A stretch of DNA of 64,000 nt. Origin: Paramoeba atlantica (taxonomy: Eukaryota; Protista; Discosea). Below the pieces are notes generated by a model, which saw only the letters and a list, made by a program, of their open reading frames with translations, made no database searches and was not told the DNA's origin. The DNA is taken from the NCBI GenBank assembly GCA_977017575.1, contig CDRNVI010000043.1:62001-126000 (forward strand). The letters run 5' to 3'. Below are positions 1 through 9,514 of the stretch, one piece after another (within the stretch, counting starts at the first letter, position 1; each line of letters begins with the position of its first letter). The position numbers and the translations under genes were made by a program.

Positions 1-722
1 AGGTTGGAGAACGAAGGGCAAAAGCGTCCAACGGTATCTTGACAGACGAGGCCTCTACGCTCCGTCTCGTGACCGACATGAACGTAACATTGATGCGTTG
101 CCAGGCACGCATGATGATTACGCGCCTGCCGGCTGTGGACCCCTTGCCCCCTTTAATCGAGCAATAGCACGATGACGGATGTGCAAGATGGGCCGCTCAG
201 CCGGAACTCGAACAGCTGGTCCGGATGCTGGTCGATGCCGGCAGGGTCTATGCTCACGCCTAGTCCGCCAGGGCTAGGTACTCCAAGTGAGGTAGGACAT
301 GGGTAGGGAACTTTGTTCCTCCCCGTCGGCCAGCATCATGCTCCGCGACCGTGCCGCTGTCGGCACAGGCCCATTGCTTGCGCCCTCTCGTACAACAAGA
401 GAAGGGTTACCAAGGCAAGCTGGGAGAGGTCGAAAGACCCGGTCCGGAACGCGCGAATGGTTCGGGGAAAGTCTGCCCCTCCTAGCCGAGGGAGACCTTA
501 CCCTCCCTGGAAAGCTGGTAAGATTGGTAAGGGGAAGTGGGTAAGATGGGAAAGCATGTATTTGCTAGTTATATATTTTGCTCGTTTTTAAAATGGGGGG
601 AAGTGAGGGAAAGAAGTTGAGCAAGTAGGAAAGTAAGTGAGAAAGTCATACCGTACATACATATATAAAGTTAGAACTCGTACTCTTCCCCCCCTATTAT
701 CTGCAAAAAAAAAAAAAAAAAA
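1..722 (+). mobile_element. 3' end of a CRE/SLACS-like non-LTR retrotransposon (ORF tail, structured 3' UTR, poly(A))
   Basis: Nt 1-167 encode ...LNVTLMRCQARMMITRL, homologous to the C-terminus of ORF 2257-5859. The 3' UTR is shared with other copies. Poly(A) at 705-722. Confidence 0.85.
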
Positions 723-726
723 GGCA

Positions 727-2171
727 GGCTGACCCTCGCACTCGCGCACTGTGGGTTTCAGAGTCGGGTAAGGGAGCAGGTAGCTGGTCTTTCGTGACGC
801 CCTCTAGGAGCAAAGGATACGCCTTCACACCAACAGAGTTCCGCACGCTGTCCCGCTGGTGGCTGGGATCCGACATATATCAAGAAGATCGCCCTTGCCC
901 AGCGAAGGGATGCATATTACCTCTGCAGAAAAATGGGGAACATGCATTGTTATGTAAGAACGGACATGGCCTCATCACCCGTCACAACGCGGTCTGTGAG
1001 CAATTCACAGCATTCTGCAGAAAAGCCGACATAGCTCCGCAAAGGGAGAAAAGCCTGGGAAATCGTGGTCCAAGAGGGGGTCTCACCAGACCTGCTGACG
1101 TGTTTCTCCCGAATTACACCCTGGGAAGTGGTATGGTGTTAGACTTCGCAGTCACCCACGCACAGCAACTAAAGTATTTGGACTCTGTCCGGAATGCTAG
1201 CTGGGTGGCTGCGGGATCTTTCGCTGAACACTACTCAGCAACGAAGGATAAACAACGCCAGGAAGCGGAGGAAGCGAAATTACTTTTTACGGCCATGGTA
1301 GTTGAATCCTTTGGCTCGTGGAGTAAAAGCGCGATGGCTGTTTTGTGGAAGGTGGGGGCGTTACGCGCAAACGCGTCAAACGGTCTACTCACAGACACTC
1401 AAGCCCGAAATGACCTTCTCAAAGAGCTGAACGTGGCTCTCATGCGCTCCCAGGCCCGGATGATGGTCTCTAGGATAGTCGTCAGTGACCCTGACGCTCC
1501 CCTGGAAGGGGCCTAAGGGATCTCGGGAATACCCACTGGGACATAAACCGCTGGTCCGGATGCTGGTCGGTGCCGACAGGGTCTATGCTCACGCCTAGTC
1601 CGTCAGGGCTAGGTACCCCAAGTGAGGTAGGACAAGGGTAGGGAACTTTGTTCCTCCCCGTCGGCCAGCATCATGCTCCGCGACCGTGCCGCTGTCGGCA
1701 CAGGCCCATTGCTTGCGCCCTCTCGTACAACAAGAGAAGGGTTAACAAGGCAAGCTGGGAGTGGTCGAAAGACCCGGTTCGGAACATGCATGAGGAAGAT
1801 GGGAGCGCCCTCCCACATAACAAGGGAATGGTTCACAAGTCAGGCCGTGGAGAGGTCGAAAGACCCGGTCCGGAACGCGCGAATGGATTGGGTCTGGATT
1901 GCTTGTTTTTATTTTTACTGTGTCTTGTTTGTCGTATATACTTAGGGGAGATTGAATTGCTAGTTTTGGGCTGAGAAAAAAGAAAAAGAAAATATACTTC
2001 TGTGGAAATAAAAAGAATTGCTAATTTGATTGCTTGTTTTAAATTCATATACCCCCCTAATGGACCTACTATGTACTTGGTTCGTCTACTGGGTCAAAAT
2101 ATAGAGGCAATGCCGCGATTCATACTTCTCCCCCCTTATTAATCGCAAAAAAAAAAAAAAAAAAAAAAAAA
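727..2171 (+). mobile_element. 5'-truncated CRE-like retrotransposon (RLE endonuclease part, 3' UTR, poly(A))
   Basis: ORF 794-1516 is highly similar to the C-terminal 240 aa of 2257-5859 (CPAKGC..HALLC, RHNAV, RPADVF, VLDFAVTH). Starts right after the previous poly(A). Poly(A) at 2147-2171. Confidence 0.9.
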
Positions 2172-2210
2172 ACTCTTTAACGATAAAGATGCAGTTTCTG
2201 TACCTTGTTG
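2172..2210 (+). other. Spliced-leader (mini-exon) sequence at element 5' end
   Basis: actctttaacgataaagatgcagtttctgtaccttgttg carries the kinetoplastid SL core CAGTTTCTGTAC. No SL intron follows. Confidence 0.85.
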
Positions 2211-2256
2211 AATTATTTTCCTTATTTCACTTTTCTCCAGGTACGCGGTTCCTTCT

Positions 2257-5200
2257 ATGACCAGCCAGAAAAACCTGGGTCTCGCGTTGTCATACGACGA
2301 ACGTTTCGATGAAGAAGCGCTACCCATGGAAGATGACTCCTTTGCCCAGGAAGAGAAATCTCATAACGCTGGAGACTGGGATCAATTCGCCGGGAACGCG
2401 CACTTGATTTCTGGCAGAAGCACGTATAATGAACTCCTTTACACCACCCCTATTCCCGAGAATGTGCCCGAATACTGGACAAGACGAGCTATCATGATAG
2501 ACGGAGAGAAACCCACGCCAGACACGGGGAAGGTAACAGACAATGAGGAGACAAATCACTCCCTCGTCATACGAACAAACATGACACAGCCTCAAGCGAA
2601 TCCTGACACCAACGCTTCACCTGCAACCAAGACTCCGAAACGCAAAACACCGAATTCCACTCCACAATACACCATACAACGTGAATGCCCAGCGGCAGGT
2701 TGCACCTGGAAGACTCCCCCACACGGAGGGCAATGGCAAGCGTTCTACAATCATGTAGCTCACCGACATGGTAAAAATATTTCGACTGATTGGTGGGAAA
2801 AGGAAGGTAGATTCCTTTGCAAGGATTGCATCCGACATTACGACAAAAGCAAACAGATCTCTCACCTTAAGCACTGTAAAGGACGAAACCAACCCGTTCG
2901 ATCACTAACGCCGCCCATGCCGACGTCTTTTTCGGAGAAAATAAATGAAGAGCATCCAGCTGATCCACTTCCACTTCTTAGCTCAGTTTGTTCACTTCCT
3001 TTAAGCACCTGTAAGGACGTCCCCCATTGCTGCAGATTCTTGTGGGCCAGAATTTTGAGTGAAGCATTAACATCCGCTGTCAAAGAAAACACAGTGCAGG
3101 CCTGGACCCTCCTCGCGATGCTTCCGAAGTGCGTTCTCCCGGCCCCTTACCGTGGCGGTCGTAAAGGGCACACATCGTACTCCACATACGTGGAAAAACG
3201 CATGGAGCTCTGGCTCGGTGGAGACTACCTTCTCCTCTGGGACCAAGCCCTGAAGGATGGCGAGAGAAAACGCTCGAAGTCCAGGAACCCAGAAAGTGAC
3301 GAAGATAGAGCGGCAATAAGAGCAGAGCTCTTGGTGCGTCAGGGGGAATTCTCTAGAGGAATGGCCGCCCTATCTGCAGCTCCCATGGCCCCGGACAACG
3401 AGGAGACCCTTGCCAAGCTGTTGGAAAAACACCCAGAGCCCCACGAAAATCCCCTCGAGGAAGATCTACCGCCGATTAAGGGTGCCCCTCTACAGTTGCA
3501 AGAAGCAGAGGTCAGGAATGCGGTTCAAAGCTTTCACAGGGGGTCTTCCGCCGGTACAATGGGCCTCCGTCCTGAGCATCTCCAGTCGGCTATTTTGGAA
3601 CACGAGGACAAAAACGTAAGTCCTCTCTCAGCTCTCACACGCCTCGTGAACCACTTACTCGAGGGAAAGGCGCCGCCTGAAGTTCAGCAGTCCTATGCAG
3701 GAGCTAGACTTTGCGCTCTGGAGAAAGGCGAAGACGACGTACGGCCCATTGCGGCGGGCGAAACCCTAAGGCGCCTAGTAAGCAAGGCAGCATGCCTCGC
3801 CGTAAAGGAGAAGGCGGGAACGTTATTCCGTGGACGCCAATACGGTGTTGCCGCATCTGCGGGGTCCGAACGAGTGATTCATCTCTGTCGGAAAACTATG
3901 CTCAACAACATGGGGAGCGACAAGCTGGTTTTCTGCAAGGTTGATCTGCGAAACGCTTTTAACAACGTCAGCAGACCCGTCTTCGCTCTTCTCACGCGCC
4001 TACATTTTCCGGAACTTTCGCCCTGGGTAGAATGGTGCTACTCAAGTCCGAGTTGCCTCACGTATGGAAACAATTTCATCCCTTCAGCCGAAGGCGTGCA
4101 ACAAGGTGATCCTTTAGGCCCACTTTTATTCTCTCTAGTGCTTTCTGAGGTGACGGAAGAGATAGCATCCCGATCAAACCTTGACTCGCAACTGTGGTAC
4201 CTCGACGATGGGGTTCTTATGGGAGAGGCTGTGGAGGTCAGAAAGGCGGTGGACGTTTTTTCGGAAGTTGGCCCCCGGTGCGGACTTTTCTTGAATCCTG
4301 CGAAAAGTGAAATCATAACGCCACCTGCCTCGGCTCATCTCACAACGCTTTTTCCCGAGATCCCAAAGGCGAAAATCCGGCACGACGGGAACTTCGATAT
4401 CCTTGGGAGCCCGATCTGGTCGGACGAGCACTGCGCGGAGTTCCTGATGCAGCACGCCATCGAACCAGCACGTGAGACCCTAGCCGCCATAGGTTTAATA
4501 GGAGACCCCCAAGTGGCCAGTGCTCTAATCCGTCAATGCACGGGGTTTTGTCAGATGGTATACGCCCTCCGAACTACACCCCCACAGGCCCTTACCCATC
4601 TTTGCTTTTTACTAGACGACTCTGTCATGACGGCTGTAGAGTGGGCACTTTTTCCCCTGGACCCCCCCGCACGTGATCAAATACTACGCAGGAAGCGCCA
4701 CGGAGGCTTCGGTCTCAGATCGTCGACACTGCACGCAACGGCGGCATACGTTTCATCTGTCGCTCATGCCGCCGACATGGACGACTGGGACCCCTTGGAA
4801 GCTCAAGGATTTACTACCTCCGTGCAAGACGTAAACGATAAAGCAGGCGCAGTGCTTGTGGACCCATGCACAGGACGCACTCCCAAACAAAACAATCCTC
4901 GCACAGATTCTGATCTACGTCATAGCTTGTCCTCGCAAACAAAACGCCCTCGGCGGACGCAGAATAAAAAGGGATCAGAGAAGACGGCCGAACCGGAGAT
5001 GATTATCCCTAGACAGCAACAGCTCAGCCAAGTCATTTCCCAGCAAGAATTTAACACTGCATACGAGAAGGCTGACCCCCGCACACGTGCAAGATGGATA
5101 TCAGAGTCCGGAAAAGGTGCCGGGAGCTGGGCTTTCGTGACTCCTTCGCGGACCAAGGGATACGCTTTCACTCCCACAGAGTTCCGTACCTTATCCCGCT

Positions 5201-5859
5201 GGTGGTTGGGCATGGATGTCTATCCAGAGGATCGACCTTGTCCAGCAAAAGGATGTGACTTACCACTCCTAAAAAATGGGGAACACGCTCTGATGTGTAA
5301 GAACGGGCACGGCCTCATCACCCGCCACAATGCGGTCTGCCAACAGTTCACCTCCTTCTGCAGCAAGGCCAATATGGCTCCGCAAAGGGAAAAAAGTCTC
5401 GGAAATCGGGGACCTGGAGGAGGTCTCACCAGACCAGGCGATGTTTTTCTTCCCAACTATGAACTGGGAGGTGGCATGGTTCTAGACTTCGCAGTCACCC
5501 ACGCACAGCAATTGAAGTATTTGGACTCAGTCCGTAATGCTAGCTGGGTGGCTGCGGGGTCTTTTGCTGAACACTTCTCTGAAACGAAAGGGAAGCAGCG
5601 CCAGGAAGCGGAAGCAGCTCAGTTACTGTTCACAGCGATGATTGTTGAGTCCTTCGGCTCATGGAGCAGAAGTGCCTTGACGGTCCTGTGGAAGGTGGGA
5701 GCGTTACGTGCCAACGCGTCGAACGGTCTTTTAACAGACACTCAGGCACGAAACATCCTTTTGAAAGAGCTTAATGTCACGTTGATGCGTTCCCAGGCTC
5801 GGATGATGGTCTCCAGGATAGTTGTCAGTGACCCTAACGCCCCCCTTGAAGGCGCTTAG
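2257..5859 (+). CDS. CRE-clade polyprotein: LsmAD-like motif, two C2H2-like zinc fingers, reverse transcriptase, CCHC + restriction-like endonuclease
   Basis: RT motifs FCKVDLRNAFN, GVQQGDPLGPLLF, WYLDDG. RLE motifs CPAKGC..HALMC, RHNAV, RPGDVF, LDFAVTH. Fingers CPAAGC..H...H and CKDC..H..C. Uninterrupted 1200 aa. Confidence 0.93.
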   Translation: MTSQKNLGLALSYDERFDEEALPMEDDSFAQEEKSHNAGDWDQFAGNAHLISGRSTYNELLYTTPIPENVPEYWTRRAIMIDGEKPTPDTGKVTDNEETNHSLVIRTNMTQPQANPDTNASPATKTPKRKTPNSTPQYTIQRECPAAGCTWKTPPHGGQWQAFYNHVAHRHGKNISTDWWEKEGRFLCKDCIRHYDKSKQISHLKHCKGRNQPVRSLTPPMPTSFSEKINEEHPADPLPLLSSVCSLPLSTCKDVPHCCRFLWARILSEALTSAVKENTVQAWTLLAMLPKCVLPAPYRGGRKGHTSYSTYVEKRMELWLGGDYLLLWDQALKDGERKRSKSRNPESDEDRAAIRAELLVRQGEFSRGMAALSAAPMAPDNEETLAKLLEKHPEPHENPLEEDLPPIKGAPLQLQEAEVRNAVQSFHRGSSAGTMGLRPEHLQSAILEHEDKNVSPLSALTRLVNHLLEGKAPPEVQQSYAGARLCALEKGEDDVRPIAAGETLRRLVSKAACLAVKEKAGTLFRGRQYGVAASAGSERVIHLCRKTMLNNMGSDKLVFCKVDLRNAFNNVSRPVFALLTRLHFPELSPWVEWCYSSPSCLTYGNNFIPSAEGVQQGDPLGPLLFSLVLSEVTEEIASRSNLDSQLWYLDDGVLMGEAVEVRKAVDVFSEVGPRCGLFLNPAKSEIITPPASAHLTTLFPEIPKAKIRHDGNFDILGSPIWSDEHCAEFLMQHAIEPARETLAAIGLIGDPQVASALIRQCTGFCQMVYALRTTPPQALTHLCFLLDDSVMTAVEWALFPLDPPARDQILRRKRHGGFGLRSSTLHATAAYVSSVAHAADMDDWDPLEAQGFTTSVQDVNDKAGAVLVDPCTGRTPKQNNPRTDSDLRHSLSSQTKRPRRTQNKKGSEKTAEPEMIIPRQQQLSQVISQQEFNTAYEKADPRTRARWISESGKGAGSWAFVTPSRTKGYAFTPTEFRTLSRWWLGMDVYPEDRPCPAKGCDLPLLKNGEHALMCKNGHGLITRHNAVCQQFTSFCSKANMAPQREKSLGNRGPGGGLTRPGDVFLPNYELGGGMVLDFAVTHAQQLKYLDSVRNASWVAAGSFAEHFSETKGKQRQEAEAAQLLFTAMIVESFGSWSRSALTVLWKVGALRANASNGLLTDTQARNILLKELNVTLMRSQARMMVSRIVVSDPNAPLEGA

Positions 5860-6444
5860 GGGCATGGCGAAGACGCCATGCGCAGGGCCACATACCTCTG
5901 GCCCGGATGCTGGTCGAGTCGACAGAGTCTATGCTCACGCCTAGTCCGTCAAGGCTAGGTACCCCAAGTGAGGTAGTACACGGGTAGTGAATCTCCTCCC
6001 CGTCGGCCAGCATCCTGTTTCGCGACCGTGTCGCTGTCGACACAGGCCCGCGCCTGCGCCCTCCCGTATAACAAGGGAAGGGTCCACAAGTCAGGCCGTG
6101 GAGAGGTCGAAAGACCCGGTCCGGAACGCGCGAATGGTTGAGGAGCCGCCTGCAGGCCGGGTGAGGCGAAGCTGAGGGAGACCTTACCCCCCCTGAAAAG
6201 TTGAAAAGTTGGGTAGGGGAAAGCAGGAAAGTAGGGAGAAAGGTGGGAAAAGTATGTCAAGAGGTGAGAAAGAGGAGAAAGAGAGAGAAAAATTTTCTTT
6301 ATTTGCATAAAAACAATATGAAATTGCTAATTTGATTGCTTGTTTTCAACTCGTATATCCCCCAATGGACCTACTTGGTTCGTCTACTGGGTTAAAATAT
6401 AGAGGCAATGCCGCGACTCATAAAAAAAAAAAAAAAAAAAAAAA

Positions 6445-6685
6445 GTACGTCGTGTCGAGCTTAATTCCGAAACAGCAGTTTTTGTGCATTCCCATGCTTT
6501 CTGGAGGCGCCATGCATCCAAACACCAAGGAATTATTGTCGGCTCTTGCAGATGCATGTGGACTGGCACGCGATAAGATTCACCAGGATTTCGCTTTGCA
6601 ATTGCAAGAACTGAATGGTTCGGTCGCAATGTCTCAATTTAGGAAATACTTGGCACCGGTCGATGGAGATGAAACGGCCCTGTGA
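6445..6685 (+). pseudogene. C-terminal RLE fragment of another CRE subfamily
   Basis: YVVSSLIPKQQFLCIPMLSGGAMHPNTKELL aligns with YVASGLIESGQFECIPMLAGGALHKNTRNLL of 30931-32067. Confidence 0.75.
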
Positions 6686-6843
6686 ATACCAGTTGAATGC
6701 CGTTAGCGAGGTGCGTTAAAAAAAAATAGGAAATCTTTAACGGTGAATTTTGAATACACGATAAATCAAGAATACCACAATAGTGTTCACATTAGTAATT
6801 CCGATAATATATTTGTTAAGACCCTTTCAGTCTATAAATCAGC

Positions 6844-7527
6844 TCATTTACGGAAAGAATTGATGATACATAGCATGTTCAAGAGCATGCCAAGTGCTTC
6901 TTCGCACCATTCTTTATTAATTATGAAAACTTGAGAAGGGGTCCTGTGACTTGACACCCCGGACATTGTACGTTTGCCGGCCTGTGTCATTAGCTCCTGT
7001 ACTCGATCTTGCGTCGATCCATCGTCGTCCAGACACATTGTATCACTGGTCTCGCTTTCTGTTTCGGACATTTCTTTGGCTGGGTCCTCTTGGATATGGT
7101 TTTCGTCATGGGCTATGTTCTCGTGTGATTGACTCGTAGATCCGATGCGGAAGTTCTTGGCTTTGATTTTGATTAGATTCCGCGATGTGATTTCACACGG
7201 AGGCTCATGGTCCGCCCAATTCGGGGCTAGTGTTTTGGAACCTATTATCTTGATCTTTGGAGTCTTCTTCACCTTCACTGGTGTCTCCGTGTGCGATCCT
7301 GATTCTTCTGCTACCTTTATTCCGTTCGTCTTGCTTTGATCTCGTTGAGTACGTTGTTTTTCAACTCTCCCGTGAGACTTCCCGTTGTTCACTGTTGTTC
7401 TGCTGCCCTTTTTCCGCGTGTTTTCGGAATCTAAACGAGAAGACGTAAGAGAAAGGCGTGTCATAAGCGTAGAAAAATAGAAAATTAAAATCAACAAGGT
7501 ACAGAAACTGTATCTTTATCGTTAAAG
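6844..7527 (-). mobile_element. SL-headed 5' fragment of a probable CRE-like element (ORF from ATG 7464, MTRLSLTSS...)
   Basis: SL reverse complement at 7492-7527, 27-nt AT-rich UTR, then ATG. VKVKKTPKIKII resembles LKKTPKKVKVIL in the CRE ORF at 28499. Confidence 0.6.
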
Positions 7528-8079
7528 CCATCCTGTCCGCAAGCGAAAAGGGGAACCACGAGTGGCTGATGTACACTGCACGATTCGTTCCTTCACAGCA
7601 ATTCACTTTCGCCATACTGCCGCGATTTAATCTACCACATCCGAACTTACCACCAAACGTACAATGTCCGGGGTGTCAAGTCACAGATGACTCAGCCACA
7701 GCACTGCGGCACATCCCTGCATGTACGAAATGTCCGGGAATCAACGCTACAACTAAGCACAATGCCCTCGTACGCTATATATATGGGCTGTGCCTCAAAG
7801 CAGGATTGCCGGCTGAACGCGAACCACGACAGTTCACATCTTACAATTGTATGAAGTGCTCCGAAACAGTCGCCGAACGTCTTAAAAATGAGCACATGAA
7901 GAAGTGTACTACGGGACGCATGCATCGCACAGGGCCAGACCTTGTTATCTACTGGGCTTCTGGAGAAAAATTCTATGACCTTACCGTTGTTCATGAATTG
8001 GCCCCATCGCATCAAGGCAAAAAGGCGCCCCAACTCATGCGTGACGCGATCTCCCGCAAGAAAAACACCTATGTCGCAT
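7528..8079 (+). pseudogene. CRE-A RLE fragment (continues at 12437-12465 and 28544-28755)
   Basis: Near-identical to 31282-31834. The uninterrupted copy at 31828-31866 (gtcgcat-caggtttg...aattcgaa-tgc) defines the empty sites. Confidence 0.88.
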
Positions 8080-8221
8080 TGAAAGCATGCGAAAGTAATT
8101 TTGAAGACCATTGTATCGAATGAGAAAATGTACATAGAAGGTTATTTTGGAGACAGTCATAATTTAAAAATTCAATTGATTGAGATTGGCCTTTTTTCAC
8201 TACTCATAGTTTAAAAATTTT

Positions 8222-9514
8222 ATGGTTTCAACACGTTCTCAACTGGCGGATTCGTCTCAAGCTGCACCTGAGTCGGGCCCGCTCTCTGAAGAACCTGTTA
8301 TGGTTCAGCCTTGTGGTGGAGATAGCGTTACTGTGGGTGCGGGGGAAGATTCGAACATTAATCAAACTTTACAGATAATATTACAGCAGATTTCCGAATT
8401 TCGTACGGACGTAAAGAAAGTTTCAACTGCGCAAGAAAATCTCCAAAAAGAGTTTGGAAAACGTGATGCGGAAGTACGGAATGAAATGAAGATATTGCGC
8501 TCCATGACGATGGAAGTGACCCAAAGGTTGAACGACCGTCAGAATCAAAAAGGGTCAAGCATAGGAACCTCTGATGCGGGTACTAGTGAAGTGCGCCACC
8601 ACGAACAAGTGAACCCGAATCATTGTATGAGCCCCGACGAGTTGAAAAAAGTTATTTGCAAAGTTACTTCTCTTCTAGACAAGTACACCGTCGAGCTGGA
8701 TGTTTCGTGGTACTATGAAGAATTAGGTCCAAGTGCTTTGCAAGTGTGGAAAGGAATAGCCTATCCCGGAATTGATGAAAATGGAAAACCCTTTTTACAA
8801 GTCGACTATGGCCAGGGCCTGTACGCTTTACCTGAGGAAGGTGTCATGTACAACAATATTAAGATCGTATCTAAGGTTCCGAAAGATGAGGAAACTTCAG
8901 ATATCTCAGGATCCGAACTTCGTGGTCAATTCGAAGAGAGTTCATTTAAATGGCAGAAAGTACGAACCTGGTCTGGAATACTAAACTCTGGTGAACCGTT
9001 CTCTCTAGATATTTTGGAAAATCGGCTGAAAGAAGCATTGCAAATGCCAATTTATCTGAATGAAGAATTGAAATTTCTGTGGGAATTATTAAAACAATGG
9101 ATGCGAGCAACAGCAGATCGCCAGAATGAAGCTGAAGATTCAGAAAAACATTTTGAAGTTGGACAGTTGACACTTGATCGTTTACGCATTAAACTGGGGT
9201 CATTAAAGGGCTCCGATACTAGTTATGTGCAATCTCATTATAATGCCCACCGAAATTCAGATGACGTCTTGGGGAATTTGATCAATACAAGCGTAAATTA
9301 TAACCGGGGCAGAGGACGAGGTTTCACGCCAATGCGGGGATACCGATCAGGACAACAGAATGTTTCCGCAACATATTCACAAACCGAAACTAATCAAAAA
9401 AATCACTATGGTAGGGACATTCAACGGCCTTATTCACGGAATTTCAGGGCAGTAAATCGGGGGGGCTTAAACCCGGTTTTCTACGGACGGGGGTCCACTG
9501 GCCGGAGCAATTGA
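8222..9514 (+). CDS. Gag-like ORF1 of YR1
   Basis: 430-aa ORF upstream of the YR, with a coiled-coil-like region and an RGG-rich C-terminus. Position and shared module match the YR2 gag. Confidence 0.7.
   Translation: MVSTRSQLADSSQAAPESGPLSEEPVMVQPCGGDSVTVGAGEDSNINQTLQIILQQISEFRTDVKKVSTAQENLQKEFGKRDAEVRNEMKILRSMTMEVTQRLNDRQNQKGSSIGTSDAGTSEVRHHEQVNPNHCMSPDELKKVICKVTSLLDKYTVELDVSWYYEELGPSALQVWKGIAYPGIDENGKPFLQVDYGQGLYALPEEGVMYNNIKIVSKVPKDEETSDISGSELRGQFEESSFKWQKVRTWSGILNSGEPFSLDILENRLKEALQMPIYLNEELKFLWELLKQWMRATADRQNEAEDSEKHFEVGQLTLDRLRIKLGSLKGSDTSYVQSHYNAHRNSDDVLGNLINTSVNYNRGRGRGFTPMRGYRSGQQNVSATYSQTETNQKNHYGRDIQRPYSRNFRAVNRGGLNPVFYGRGSTGRSN

Larger units (their letters stand above)
2172..6444 (+). 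mobile_element. Full-length CRE/SLACS-like non-LTR retrotransposon headed by a spliced leader
   Basis: SL-like 39-mer at 2172-2210, single 1200-aa ORF, conserved 3' UTR, poly(A) at 6422-6444. Confidence 0.92.

Noticed and set aside
250-270. Alu/7SL-like gctcacgcct in the CRE 3' UTR
   Set aside because: A 10-nt match only; no SRP helix 8 or Alu-domain architecture could be fitted.
2172-2240. SL RNA gene
   Set aside because: No SL copy is followed by a conserved GT-intron, and none lies in a tandem SL repeat unit.
6732-6742. First 11 nt of the SL (aatctttaacg), reminiscent of the SLACS insertion position
   Set aside because: Only 11 nt in AT-rich sequence, with no matching SL remainder or intron; cannot be separated from chance.
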